DNA from: Mobula hypostoma
Lineage: Eukaryota
Direction of reading: 5' to 3'
Length of the DNA stretch: 64,000 bases
NCBI RefSeq assembly: GCF_963921235.1
Contig: NC_086097.1
Coordinates: 249,304,001 to 249,368,000 of the forward strand
Shown: piece after piece, positions 48,318 to 61,281 of the stretch
Position numbering within the stretch: position 1 is the stretch's first letter
Layout of the letters: each line of letters starts with the position of its first letter
Notes under the pieces: model-generated
What the model saw: the letters and a program-made list of their open reading frames with translations, nothing else
The model's database searches: none
Told to the model about the DNA's origin: nothing
Made by a program: the position numbers and the translations under genes

Positions 48318-49760
48318 TAAAGGGAATTACAGAGGCATGAGAGAAAAGCTGCCCAAAATTGTTTGGAAAGGGACATTAGCAGAGATGACAATAACGATCA
48401 GCAATGGCTGGAGTTTCTGGGAGCAATTCCGAAGATGCAGGATAGATACATCCCAAAGATGAAGTAATATTCTAAAGGCAGGATGACACAACAATGGCTG
48501 ATAAGGGAAGTCAAAGCCAAGATAAAAGCAAAAGGGAGGGCATATAATAGAGAAAAAATAGTGGAACATTAGAGAATTTGGCAACTTTTAAAAACCAACA
48601 GGAGGCAACTAAAAAAGCCACAAGAGGAAAAGATGAAGTATGAAGGTAAGCTAACCAATAATATCAAAGAGGATACAAAATATTTATTAGATATATAAAG
48701 AGTAAAAAAGATGCAGGAGTAGATATTGGACCACTGGAAAATGATGCTGGAGAGGTAATAATGGGGGACAAGGAAATAGTGGACAAACTGAATAAGTATT
48801 TTGCATCAGTCCTCATTGAGGAAGACACCAGCAGCAAGCCAGAGGTTGAGAGTGTTGAGGCAGAAGTGAGTGCAATTGCTATTACCAAGGAGAAGGTGCT
48901 TGGGAAATTGGAAGGTTTGAAGATAGATAAGTCACCTGGACCAGATGGACCCAGGGTTCTGAAAGGGGTGGCTGAAGAGACCGTGGAGGCATTAGTAATG
49001 ATCTTTCAAGAATCACTAAATTCTGGCATGGTTCTGGAAGACTGGAAAATTGCAAATGCCACTTTATTCTACAAGAAGGGAGGAAGGCAGAAGAAAGGAA
49101 ATTATAGGTCAGTTAGGCTGACCTCAGATGTTGGAGTTGATTGTTCGGGATGTGGTTTTGGGGTACTTGGAGGCACATGATAAAATAAGCCAAAGTCAGC
49201 ATGGTTTCCTTAAGGGAAAATCTTGCCTGATAAATCTGTTGAAATTCTTTAAGGAAATAACAAGCAGAATTGTGGATGTTATGTACTTGGATTTTCAGAA
49301 GGTCTTTGACAAGGTGGCACACATGAAGCTGTGGTCATTGTTGGGACCACTTCTTTATACATACCACAGTGTGTCAATAATTTGGATGATGGAATTGATG
49401 GCTTTGTGACTGAGTTTGTGGACGATATGAAGATAGGTAGTGTTGAGGGAGCAGGGAGGATGCAAAAGTACTTAGTCAGATTAGGAGAATGGACAAAGAA
49501 GTGCCAAATGGAATACAGTGTCAGGAAGTGTATGGTCATGTACTTTGGTAGAAGAAATAAAAGCATAGACTATTTTCTAAATGGAGAGACAATTGAAAAA
49601 TCCAAGGAGCGAAGGAACTTGGGAGTCCTTGTGCAGGATTCCCTGAAGGTTAATTTGCTTGTTAAGTGGGTGTTGAGGAAGGCAAATGCAGTATTAGCAT
49701 TCATTTCTAGAGGACCAGAATATAAAGGCAAGGACGTAATCTGAGGCTTTATAAGGCACC
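48318..49760 (+). mobile_element. Decayed CR1 ORF2
   Basis: LNKYFASV, DKSPGPDG, EDWKIAN, QHGFLKGKSCL, DFQKVFDKV. Confidence 0.88.
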
Positions 49761-50324
49761 GTTGAAGCATTGGAGGTTGGTCAGGTGCGGAACGAACTGC
49801 CAGCACAAGTGTTGGATTCAATTTCAACATTGAAGAAAAGCTTGGGTAAGTACATGGATGGGTGGGGCATGGTCCAGGTGTAGGTCAATAATAATAGTTC
49901 AGTATGCAGTAGATGGGCCAAAGGGTCTGTTTCTGAACTCTGACAATTTCCAATTTATACTTGTAAATAAGGACTACAGATGTGAAGAATTATAATGCAC
50001 ATTACTTGAAGATTAGATTTATTTGTTGCATGTACATCAAAACAGTGAAATGGGTTATTTGTGTCAAACCCAATCAGTGACGATTGTGCTGGGGTCAGCC
50101 AGTTATTGTTACCACACTTACTGCATCAACGTAACAGCATACTAACCCTTTAGTACACCTTTAGCACGTTGGAGGAACCTGGTGTACCTGGATGAAACCC
50201 ACACGGTCACAGGGAGAATGTTCAGACTTCTTACACATGGGGGTGGAACTGAACCCGCTTTGCTGGCACGATAATATTGTTACACTAACCACTACACTAT
50301 AGTGCCACCCACTGATGCAACTTA

Positions 50325-52155
50325 TAGAAACATAGAAAACTTACAGCACAATACAGGCCCTTCGATCCACAATGCTGTGCCAAACAAGTACTTACTTTTG
50401 AAATTACTTAGGGGTTACACATAGACCTCTATTTTTCTAAGCTCCATGTACCTATCCAAGTGTCTCTTAAAAGACCCTATTGTATCCACCTCCACCACTG
50501 TCGCCGGCAGTCCATTCCACACACTCACCACTCTCGGTGTGAAAAACTTACCCCTGACAGCTCCTCTGTACCTACTTCTAACCACCTTAAAACTGTGCCC
50601 CCTCATGCTAGCCATTTCAACCCTGGGAAAGAACTTCCGACTGTCCACACGATCAATGCCTCTCATTGTATACATTTCCATCAGCACCTCCAGTCTCTCC
50701 AAGGAGTAAAGGCCAAGTTCACTCAACCTATTCTCATAAGGCGTGCTCCCCAATCCGGGCTACATCCTTGTAAATCTCCCCTGCCCCATATCTATAGTTT
50801 CCACATCCTTCCTGTAGAACTGAGCACAGTACTCTAGTGGGGTCTGACCAGAGTCCTGTATCGCTGTAACATTATCCTTCAGCTCTTGAACTCAATCCCA
50901 TGGTTGATGAAGGCTAATACACTGAATGCCTTCTTAACCAGCAAACCTGCATAGCAGCTTTGAGTGTTCTATGGACTTGGACCCCAAGATCCCTCTGATC
51001 CTCCACACTGCCATTAATACTATATTCTGACATCATATTTGACCTACTAAAATGAACCACCTCACACCTATCTGGGTTGAACTCCATTTGCCACTTCTCA
51101 GCCCAGTTTTGCATCCTATCGGGTCCTGCTGGAACCTCTGACGGCCTTCCACACTATCCACAACACTCCCAACCTTTGTGTCATCAGCAAATTTACTAAC
51201 CTATCCCTCCACTTCCTCATCCGGGTCATTTATAAAAATAATGAAGAGAAGGGGTCAGAGAACAGATCCCTGAGGCACATCACTGGTCACCAACCTCCAT
51301 GCAGAATTTGACCCGTCTACAATCATTCTTTGCCGTCTGTGGGCAAGCCTATTCTGGGTCCACAAAGCAAGGTGTTTTGGATCCCAATCCTCCTTACTTT
51401 CTCAATAAGCCTTGCATGGGGTACCTTGTCAAGTGCCATGCTGAAATCTACATACACAACATCTACTGCTCTACCTTCATCAATGTGTTTAGTCACATCT
51501 TCAGAAAATTCAATCAGGCTTGGAAGGCACGGCCTGCCTTTCATAAAGCCATGCTGACTATCCCTAACCATATTATGCTCTGCAAATGTTCATAAATCCT
51601 GCCTCTCAAGGTCTTATCCATCAACTTACCAACCACTGAAGTAAGACTCACTGGTCTATCTCTACTCCCTTTCTTGAATAAGGGAACAACACCTGCAACC
51701 CTCCAATCCTCTGGAACCTCTCCCGCCCCCATTGATGATGCAAATCATTGCCAGAGGCTCAGCAATCTCCTCCCTCGCCTCCCACCGTAGCCTGGGGTAC
51801 ATCACATCTGGCCTTGTGAAGCAAAGTATTCATTATCTCTGCTACCTCTGGTTCCATACACAGTTTTCCACTGTCACACTTGACTGGTCCTATTCTCTCA
51901 CATCTTATCCTCTTGCTCCTCACATACTTGTAGGTTTTCCTTAATCCTGCTCGCCAAGGCCTTCTCATGGCCCCTTCTGGCTCTCCTAATTTCATTCTTA
52001 TGCTCCTTCCTGCTAGCCTTATAATTTTCTAGATCTCTATCATTACCTAGTTTTTTGAACATTTCATAAACTTTTCTTTTCTTCTTGAGTAGATTTTCAA
52101 CAGCCTTTGTACACCCTGGTTCCTGTACCCTACCATCCTTTCCCTGTCTCAGGTG
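50325..52155 (-). mobile_element. Decayed CR1 ORF2 with 3' tail
   Basis: PEDWRVA, QHGFMKGRPCL, WAEKWQMEFNPD; tail tttctatgtttctat. Confidence 0.88.
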
Positions 52156-52284
52156 CAGCACCTTCCTATCTTTCATCCACCACTTTAAACAGCAGCCTTT
52201 TAGGTGGAATAATACATGCCTACATGTGCAAGTAATCCAACGTTTGTTCCCAATAATAAATTCTATATTATGATTTTTTAAAAC

Positions 52285-53180
52285 AAAGTTTGGTGGACCC
52301 GTGGACAGTGAGGAGGGTTGTTGTAGGTTGCAGTAGGACATCGACAGGATGCAGAACAGGGCTGAGAAGTGGCACATGGAGTTCAACCCATTAAAGTGTG
52401 AAGTGATTCATTTTGGAAGGTCAAAATTGAAGGCAGAATACAAGGTTAGTAGCCAGATTCTTAACAGTGTGGAGGAACAAAGGGATCTTGGGATCCACGT
52501 CTAAATTTGCCGCACAAGTTGATAGGATTGTTAAGACCATCAACATGGTGTGTTGGCCTTAATTAATAGATTTCAAGAGCCACAAGGTAATGCTGCTGCC
52601 CTATAAAACCACATTTGGAATGTGTTCTGGTCACCCCATTATAAGAAAGACATGGAAGCTTTAGCAAGGGTACAGAGGAGATTTACCAGGACGCTGTCTG
52701 GAACAGAGGGCATGTATGAAGACAGGTTGAGCAAACAAGGGCTTTTCTCTTTTGAGTGAAGGAAGATGAAAGGTGACTTGATAGAGCTGTATAAGAGTCC
52801 GAATTCAAGTGGGTAGAGACCTTTTTCCCAGGGTGGAAATGTCCAATACTTCAGGGCATCATTTTAAGGCAATCAGTGATTGGAGGAGCATGTCAGAGGC
52901 AAGTTCTTGGTACAGAGATGGTGAGTGAGTGGAATATTCTACCAGGGTGGTGGTAGAGGCAGATACGTTATGGGCATTTAAGAATCTCTTAAATGGATGA
53001 TAGAAAATTGGAGGGATAGGTAGGTGGGAAGCTAGATTAGAACATAGTACATTGAACATAGAAAACCTGCAGCACAGTACAGGCCCTTCGGCCCACAAAG
53101 CTGTGCCAAACACGTCCTTAATGTTAGAGTAGGTTAAAAGTTCAACAAAACATCGAGATTCGAAGAGCCTATACTATTCT
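52285..53180 (+). mobile_element. Decayed CR1 3' portion
   Basis: TKFGGPVDSEEG..AEKWHMEFNP..KCEVIHFG-like frame. Confidence 0.8.
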
Positions 53181-53359
53181 ATGTTATACATAATTTAAAC
53201 TCCCAGCTCTGACATTAATTTTGTGTTATGTTCCCAATATTGATTGCAGAATAGCTTTTAGCAATGTCACCTTATAAACATTTACTATCCCAAACTGAAT
53301 ATTTGCAGCATCTTGAAGTGGGTAAATTAACGATAAATAATGGAAACAAAGACTGAAGT

Positions 53360-55072
53360 GAGTAACACACAGGACATACCTTTATTAGTGTTTCTGAATT
53401 AAATGAAAAACCTTTGAGATTGGTGCATTTTTAACGTAGCAAAAAATTGCACCAGTCTTAAGAATTAAGGCTTAAATAATGTGAGCACTGAAACAGTTGT
53501 GGTATCGTATAATGCAGCACGTAATAATTGTGACATAGTACTGTAGTTAATATTGCTCAGAAATACTTTGTTTAAAAGTTAGATTCAAATGGATACTTTA
53601 ACCAAACTGGTTACTAAGCATAGTGAGGGACATTAACTTGGGCTGCAGCTATTGTCATGATGGTTTGTCTGTGCACAAAACTGCAGGAGTAGCAAGCTTT
53701 AAAATGCAATTATTGCTCTTTGAAAGCAAATATACCTCAGTGATAAGTATAACAGTGCAAGAATGATATTCAAATGGTTAAAGCACCTCCGATGTCCCAA
53801 ATGAAATGAAATTTACCTGTTAACTAATGCACATACTCTCACAGAAAAATAACCCAGTAAGCTCTTCTGTTTAAAACAACATAATATGTTGAGTGCTCTG
53901 TGAGAACCATTGCACAAATTAAAACACATAATAACAAAAAGGTAATAAAGCAGGCTGTATACATTTACATTAAAGACCATATTAATATTCTATGACAGTA
54001 TTTCAGGGGAACAATTATCATCAATGCAGATTTTTGTTCCTTTACGTATTTGTGACTAATTTCCTCATCTTCCAGCAACTATACAAGGAAGCGATGCTTG
54101 AAGGCTTCGTTCGGCCCCTTCCTGTACAATGTCCTGATTAGTGTTTGCCACTTTACACAAGATGAAAATTAGCAATTTCCTTGACTTTCCACGGTCATTA
54201 TTTTCAGGAAGACGTTACAGGAGTGTTCTGACCATGACTGAAGTTAAGTAATTGGGCACTTACATAAAGACAAACTAATTCTTAACTGTAGTTAACAATA
54301 AGGAAAAATCAGAAGTCACTGCGTGATTCTAGATAAAAGAAAGCAATTCTAACTTGTAACTCAAAGGACTGTTACTTCCTATGATGAAAATATAAAAAAT
54401 AATTTTAAATCTTGGATACAGCACCAAAGGCAAACACACACAATCTGCATGAACATTAGCGTTAAAATGATACATGTACTACTGCGGAACACTTCTCCTT
54501 AGCTCAGTTGCATAACTTAACCTTAAACAACTATCTTTAGTGTCAAGGCACCACCACTATTAGCTGGTGAATGTGTCCTCCTTTTACATTTAAACACAAG
54601 GACCACTTTATATTATAGTCCAGTAAACCATTAGATGGTTCTAGTTTCTCCTGTAACAAAGCCATCATGTTTTGCCTATTCAGAATGAAAAGCTGCATGC
54701 TATTTTACAGACGGAATATAAATACACAGGTCAGGGCTATTTGCAGCCTACTTGATAATTGTACAGCAATGCAAAAACAAAAATATTTAGTGCAAAACTT
54801 CCCCTTCCAAATAGAACTCAAATTAGAGTGTGGCCAGTGAAGATGCAACCACTGCCTATATGTATCAGGAGGAACAGGCATGGTTGAGTGATTGGTCTGG
54901 TCACAGGCATCGATTCATCTGCCATTAAACCACGGTGCCCTAGTTGCCCACGGTTACTGCTGTATGTTCGACTGTAAAAAGCGAACACTGAGCAGCCTGA
55001 GGTCTGCTTTTCACCCTATGCAGCAGACCTCGTATTTGTCGATAGTGATAGATTATTGGTTCTCCTTTCCAA
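53360..55072 (-). other. ACVR1: Probable 3' UTR of the ACVR1-type gene
   Basis: AT-rich, TE-free stretch directly after the stop codon, ending near an AATAAA; the 3' end is inferred. Confidence 0.65.
53381..53386 (-). terminator. Candidate polyadenylation signal AATAAA
   Basis: tttatt on the plus strand; the minus-strand downstream sequence is GT/T-rich (GGTATGTCCTGTGTGTTACTCACTTCAGTCTTTGTTT). Confidence 0.55.
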
Positions 55073-55207
55073 TCAGCAGTCCATTTTCACCTTCTCTAAT
55101 GAGTTGCTTATTTTCCCCAAAGTCTTTTTGATACGTAATGCAGTGAGTCGCGCAGAAGGGTTTTGGTACCAGCACTCCTTCATCAGCTTGGCAAGAGCAG
55201 ACAAAGT
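55073..55207 (-). CDS. ACVR1: Terminal coding exon of an activin A receptor type 1 (ALK2)-type kinase
   Basis: Acceptor atttatgtttcAG then [44 protein letters not shown] (135 nt, phase 0); matches the ACVR1 C-terminus. Absent from the ORF track. Confidence 0.95.
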   Translation of the reverse strand, partial: TLSALAKLMKECWYQNPSARLTALRIKKTLGKISNSLEKVKMDC

Positions 55208-55893
55208 CTGAAACATAAATCAGTAGTGTTATAATTCAGCCCAGCTACTTTTTAAAATTCAGTCTCCTGTATCCCGCACGTGATAAGACATAAGAGTAGA
55301 ATTAGGCCATATGGCCCATTGAATCTGCTCCACTATTGCATCATGCCTGGTTTGTTATCCCTCACAACCCCATTCTCCTACCTTCTCCCTGTAACCTTTG
55401 ACACCCGGACTAATCAAGAACCTATCAACCGCCATGAAGGGTTACGGGGAGAAGGCAGGAGATTGGGGCTGAGAGGGAAATAGATCAGCCATGATGAAGT
55501 GGTGGCGCAGACCCGATGACCAAATGTCCTAATTCTGCTCCTACGTCTTATGGCTGTTGCTTTAAATATACATTCTCCCTGGCCTAAACATCTCCATGTA
55601 GCACCTGCTTTTCCATCTCTGGCCAAACCCATTGCATCTCCTTCCTTCAACTACAGACTTACGGCTAGGGTTATTCGTATTATTTGTTCACACTCAATGC
55701 CACAGCCTCACCACCCGAAAACCTTCCTTAAAACATATAAAAATTGTTGGCTTTCGTCTCAATCACCACTGTTCTCCTCACCAATTTTCTAATTTTTGCC
55801 TTTTTCCACCTGCAAGTATTACACGTTAAAAAAGTATGATTCATATTTTAGACAGGACACAGAGGACTGGGTAAGAAAACCCTTCGCATAAAC

Positions 55894-55967
55894 CAGGGGT
55901 TCCCAACTTTTTTATGCCATGGGCCAATATCATTAAGGGGTCCATGGACCCTAGTTTGGAAACTTTG
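55894..55967. mobile_element. Tiny hAT-like MITE, degenerate
   Basis: CAGGGGTTCCCAAC terminus; homologous to 58525-58603. Confidence 0.5.
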
Positions 55968-56094
55968 ACTTAAATGGTTACAAATCTCTAAGTGGCGAAT
56001 GGTTGAGAATAATCAGAATGCAATATCAGTATTTTTGGATTTGAAGGGAAGGATCTGAGAACAATTCAGAGGTCAAATATCAGCCACATTTTGA

Positions 56095-57440
56095 CTAAGT
56101 AGTTGGGAAGATGTTAGAGTCAATTGTTAAGGATGAGGTGATGGAGTACTTGGCGACACAGGTCAAGATAGTACAAAGTTAGCATGGTTTCCTTTTGGGA
56201 AAATCCTGCCTGACAAACTTGATGGAATTCTTTGAGGAGACTGCAAGTAGGATAGATAAAGGGGATGCAGTGGATGTTGTATATTTGGACTTTCAGGAGG
56301 CCTTTGACAAGGTGTCACACATGAGGCTGCTTACCAAGTTAAAAGCCCATGGTATTACAGGAAAGTTACTAACATGGTTAGAGCATTAGCTGATTGGTAG
56401 GAGGCAGCGAGTGGGAATAAAAGGATCCTTTTCTGGTTGGCTGCCAGTGACTAGTGGTGCTCTGCAGGGGCTGGCGTTGGGACCATTTCTTTTTTGCTGT
56501 ATATAAATGATTTCAATGTTTTGTTGCCAAGTTTGCAGATGATACGAAGATTGGTGGAGGGGCAGGTAGAGTTGAGGAATCAGATAGGATGCTGAAGGAC
56601 TTAGACAGATTAAAAGAATGGGCAAGAAAGTGGCAAATGAAATACAATGTTGGAAATTGCATGGTCATGCACTTTGGTAGTAAAAATAGATGTGTGCACT
56701 ATTTTCTAAACGGGAAGAAAATCCAAGAATCTGAGATGTAGAGAGACTTGGGAGTCCTTGTGCAGAACACCCTGAAGGTTAACTTGCAGGATGAGTCGGT
56801 GGTAAGGAAGACAAATGCTATGTTAGCATTCATTTCAAGAGGTCTAGAACACAAGAGCAAGGATGTGATACTGAGGCCTTATAAAGCACTGGTGAGGCCT
56901 CACCTTGAGTATTGTGAACAGTTTTGGGCTCCTCATCTTATAAGGCATTGGAGAGGGTCCAGAGGAGGTTCACAAGGATGATTCCAGGAATGAAAGGATT
57001 ATCATACGAGGAACATTTGATGGGTCTGGGTCTGTATTCGCTGGAATTCAGAAGGATGAGGGGGGAATCTCATTGAAACCTTTCGAACGTTGAAAGGCCT
57101 AAACAGAGTAGATGCGGAAAGGATGTTTCCCAAGGGTGGGATAGTCTAGGGCACAGCCTCAGGATAGAGAGGCACCCTTTCAAACAGAAATGCAGAGAAA
57201 TTTCTTTAGCCAAAGGGTGGTGAATTTGTGGAATTTGTTGCCACATGCAGCTGTGGAGGCCAGGTCATTGGGTGTATTTAAGGCAGAGATTGATAGGTTC
57301 TTGATTGGACATGGCATCAAAGGTAACGCTACTGGGAACTGGGGTTGAGGAGGGGGGAGAAAAGAGAATCAGCCATGATTGAATGGCGGTGTAGACTCAA
57401 TGGGACAGATGCCTAACTCTGCTCCTGTGTCTTATAGTCT
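56095..57440 (+). mobile_element. Decayed CR1 in the last ACVR1 intron
   Basis: GKSCLTNLMEFFEE, DFQEAFDKV, LVRPHLEYCEQFWAPH. Confidence 0.88.
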
Positions 57441-57759
57441 CAATGCCTTTAAATGTTGGAGCACATCAATGGAGCTGTTGTTTGATTCCTCGTTCTCTTA
57501 TCTATGTAAGATGTTTTTCTTATGTCTATCTACATACTGATGTTTGCTAATCCAAAGTTTGTTTCAACTATTTCTGGGTTTTAATATGAAGTTTAAAAAT
57601 TCTGCTGCATTTAGAAATTAATGGCAGCAGAATTCTCCACTGTTGCTCTGATTTGGTTGATCCCGAGGGCTTCCAAGCTGCCATATTCTGCATCGTTCCT
57701 GTGCAAAGGCACTAGTGCTTTTTAGACACAGGACTGATTGAAACTGAATAACATGAACA

Positions 57760-58285
57760 TAGCACCTCCACTCCATCAACAGAAAGCAAGATTTCCCGGT
57801 GGCCAAGCATTTTAATTCCTATCCCTGTTCCCATTCCATGGCCTCCTCTTCTGCCACGATGAGGACACTCTCAGAATGAGGAGCTGTACCTCATTTTCCA
57901 TATAGGTAGTCTCCTAGTCTCCAACCTGATGGTATATCCATCAATTTCTCTAACTTCCAGTAATTTTCTTCACCTGTCCCCTTCTCTCTTCTCCTCATCT
58001 GCCTATCACCGTGCTCTGGTGCCCCTCTTCCTTCCCTTTCTCCCATGATCCACTCTCCTCCATCAGATTCCTCCCCTCCAGCCCTTTGCCTTTTCCACCT
58101 ATCACCTCCTAGCTGCTCACTTCGAACCACTGCCCATCCACCTGGCTTCAACCATCACTCCCACCTTCTTATGATGGCTTCTTCCCCCGTCCTTTCCAGT
58201 ACTAATGAAGGGTCTTGGCCAGAAACATCAATTGTTTAATAACTCTGACCAGCAGAGTTCCTCCAACATGTTGTGTGTTGCTCTG
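57760..58285 (+). mobile_element. Decayed Penelope-like 3' end with a degenerate hammerhead (~58198-58233)
   Basis: KQDFPVAKHFN GIY-YIG remnant, CT-rich tract, ctaatgaagggtcttggccagaaacatc. Confidence 0.7.
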
Positions 58286-58524
58286 AATATGGACAAAGCA
58301 TTTCCTTTGCATGAGCAACTGAAAGTGAACAACATTGGAGGTGACCTGGAAGAGTTGAAACAGTCCAGTGGCTTGCTTTCTTTTTTGCTGGAACTTCTAT
58401 GCCAGCCAAACACTCAGAGCTTTGCCCCAGGGTAGGGTGGAAATGAGGGAATATAATTTTAAGGTGACTGGAGGGAAAGATGGTGGGATGGGGTGGGAGG
58501 AGGCAAAGATGGGTTTTTCAATAC

Positions 58525-58603
58525 CAGGGGTTCCCAACCTTTTCTATGCCATGGATCCTACCATTAACCAAGGGGTCCACGGATCTCAGGCTGGGAACTC
58601 CTG
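58525..58603. mobile_element. Tiny hAT-like MITE (~79 bp)
   Basis: TIRs CAGGGGTTCCCAACCT / AGGCTGGGAACTCCTG; no clear 8-bp TSD. Confidence 0.6.
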
Positions 58604-58672
58604 TGTGATCACATAAAGCACCCTGCAATGATATTCTGTATTATTATTCAAAACCTAGGGTATTGAACTCAC

Positions 58673-58803
58673 TGGGTCAGAGAACCATCTGTTAGGGATA
58701 TTTGGTCTTTGCTGTTCCACACATACAATTTTTCGCATATCTTCAAAGCTAGGGTCATTCGGTACCAGATCATAGAATGGAGGTTTATATTCTTCTGCAA
58801 TCC
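58673..58803 (-). CDS. ACVR1: Penultimate coding exon of an ACVR1 (ALK2)-type receptor kinase
   Basis: Acceptor ttttttttacttttgcAG, 131 nt encoding (G)[43 protein letters not shown], donor GTGAGT; splices in frame to 55207. Confidence 0.96.
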
Positions 58804-58829
58804 CTGCAAAAGTAAAAAAAAACATATTT

Positions 58830-59098
58830 ATTTTTAACTTGTACTTAGATGGAGATACAGCATAGTCATAGACACCTCTGGCCCAACAAGCCCTCACCGG
58901 TCAACTACACCCATGTGACCAATTAACTTACTAACCCATACATCTTTGGAATGTGGGTGGAAACCGCAGCCCTCAGAGGAAATCTGTGCAGTCATTGTCA
59001 GAATGTACTATACAAACTCCCTCCAGACAGTGGCTGAATTAAACCTAGATTGCTGGTGCTGCCATAGCGTGACACTAACCGCTATGCTACTGTGCCAA
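58830..59098 (-). mobile_element. V-SINE-like element next to the exon acceptor
   Basis: tRNA-like head (ggttggcacagtagcatagcggttagtgtc) and degenerate V-domain (ggtttccacccacattccaaagatg). Confidence 0.7.
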
Positions 59099-59496
59099 CC
59101 CAAATTAGAATAATATTCAAATGAAATTTAGTTTTCACAAAGTAATATTATCCATTATGTGAGGATGCCAAAAGTTTCTTCAGATACATAAAGTGTAAAA
59201 GAGTGGCGAGAGTGGATATCAGACTGCTGGAAAACGATGCTGGAGGTAGTAATGCAGGAGAACAAAATGGCAGACAAACTGAACAAGTATTTTGCACCAG
59301 CCTTCACTGTGGAAGACACACAACAGCATGGTAGAAGTTCCAGGTGTCAGGGGTCATGAGGTGTGTGAAGTTACCATTACTCAAGAGAAGGTTCTTTGGA
59401 AACTGAAAGGCCCGAACGTAGACAAGTCACCTGGATAAGATAGTGTATCCCCCAGAATTCTGAAAGAGGTGGCTGAGGAGATCGTGGAGGCACTAA

Positions 59497-60089
59497 ACCA
59501 TAGAAAACCATAGAAAAACTACAGCACAGAAACAGGCCTTTTGGCCCTTCTTGGCTGTGCCAACCCATTTTCTGCCTAGTCCCACTGACCTGCACAAGGA
59601 CCATATCCCTCCATACACCTCCCATCCATGTATCTGTCCAATTTATTCTTAAATGTTAAAAAAAACCCACATTTACCACCTCATCTGGCAGCTCAGTCCA
59701 CATTCCCACCACTCTCTGCGTGAAGAAGCGCCCCCCTAATGTCCCCATTAAACTTTTCCCCCCTCACCCTTAACCCATGTCCTCTGGTTTTTTTCTCCCC
59801 TTGCCTCAGTGGAAAAAGCCTGCTTGCAGTCACTCTATCTATACCCATCATAATTTTATATACCTCTATCAAATCTCCCCTCATTCTTCTATGCTCCAGG
59901 GAATAAAGTCCTAACCTATTCAACCTTTCTCTGTAACTGAGTTTCTCAAGTCCCGGCAACATCCTTGCAAACCTTCTCTGCACTCTTTCAACCTTATTTA
60001 TATCCTTCCTGTAATTTGGTGACCAAAACTGAACACAATACTCCAGATTCGGCCTCACCAATGCCTTATACAACCTCATCATAACATTC
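59497..60089 (-). mobile_element. Young CR1 3' end (same subfamily as 23481-25324)
   Basis: NVMMRLYKALVRPNLEYCVQFWSPNYRKDINKVERVQRRF, and the same 3' UTR and tail. Confidence 0.92.
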
Positions 60090-60420
60090 AAAATAAGATT
60101 AGTAATGATCTTTCAAAAATCTCTTGATTCTGGAATGGTTCTGGAGGATTGGAAAACTGTAAGTGTTACTCCACTCTTCAAGAAGGGAGAGAAGCAGAAG
60201 AAAGGAAACTACAGGCCAGTTAGTCTGAACTCAGTGGTTGGGAGGATGTTGGAGTCGATAGTTAAGTATGTGGTTTCGGGGTACTTGGAAGCACATGATA
60301 AAAGAGGTTGTAGTCAGCATGGTTTCCTCAAGAGAAAGCCTTGCCTGACAAATCTGGTGGAATTCTTTGGAAATAACAAGCAAGATAGACAAACTAGAAT
60401 TGTTTGATGTTGTGGACTTG

Positions 60421-60942
60421 ACTCACTCTTGCGACTCAGGCCTAGGGGGCTGACATCGGGCACAATGACAGACCCTCCACTTCTCCCTCTCCCTCATCAG
60501 TGTCTTCTAGGAGCCTGTTGACCATAGTCTTGGGATGGCACCCAGGGTTCATCCTCCCATATGATGACTAGGCTGGCAAGTAGCTCGGGGTGGTGTAGAC
60601 GGTGCCCCACTAGTTGCAGTCTTCTCGCCTCGATTTTGTGGTGAGCATCGGTGGGTTGTTACAGAGCTTGATATTCATCATGTGCTGTTGCCAACTCACG
60701 TCAAGAGCCATCCGGAGCATTCATGTATAGCAACCATCTAGAGACTTTCGCATAGTCTTGGTGAGTGTCCACGTCTTGCATCCGTACGTGAGAATGGACT
60801 CTATGACTGCTATGAAAATCCTCTTTTTAAGCCCTCTGGTCAGGTTCGACTTCTAGATTTCCTTCATGTCGGTCATAGCCCTCCATGCCCGCGCCTTCCG
60901 TATCTTTATGTCCTTCTCCAAGCTCATCATTCTTGACCATTC
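60421..60942 (-). mobile_element. RTE/RTE-X-like LINE 3' fragment with an 11-bp TSD
   Basis: IESILTYGCKTWTLTK..LDGCYT*MLRMAL..SW motif; flanked by ttgtggacttg (60410-60420) and ttgtagacttg (60943-60953). Confidence 0.8.
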
Positions 60943-61281
60943 TTGTAGACTTGGATTTTCAGAAAGCCTCTGACAAGGTGCCACACATGAGGCTGCTTAA
61001 CAAGTTAAGAGCCCATGATATTACAGAAAAGATTCTAGCGTAGATAAAGCAGTGGCTGATTGGCAGGAGGCAAAGAGTGGGAATAAAGGAGCGTTTTCCT
61101 GTTGGCCGCCAGTGACTATGGTGATCTGCAGGGGTCTGTGTTGGGTCCGATTATTTTTGCGATGTATGTCAATGATTTGGATGACAGAATTGATCACTTT
61201 GTTTGCAAAGTTTGCAGTGACACAAAAGTAGGTAGAGGGGCAGGTAGTTTTGAGGAACTAGAGAAGCTAGAGAAGTAGAAT

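Noticed and set aside
58804..58897. N-terminal part of ORF 58655-58897 ([11 protein letters not shown]…)
   Set aside because: It is intronic V-SINE and polypyrimidine sequence upstream of the AG acceptor; only 58673-58803 is exonic.
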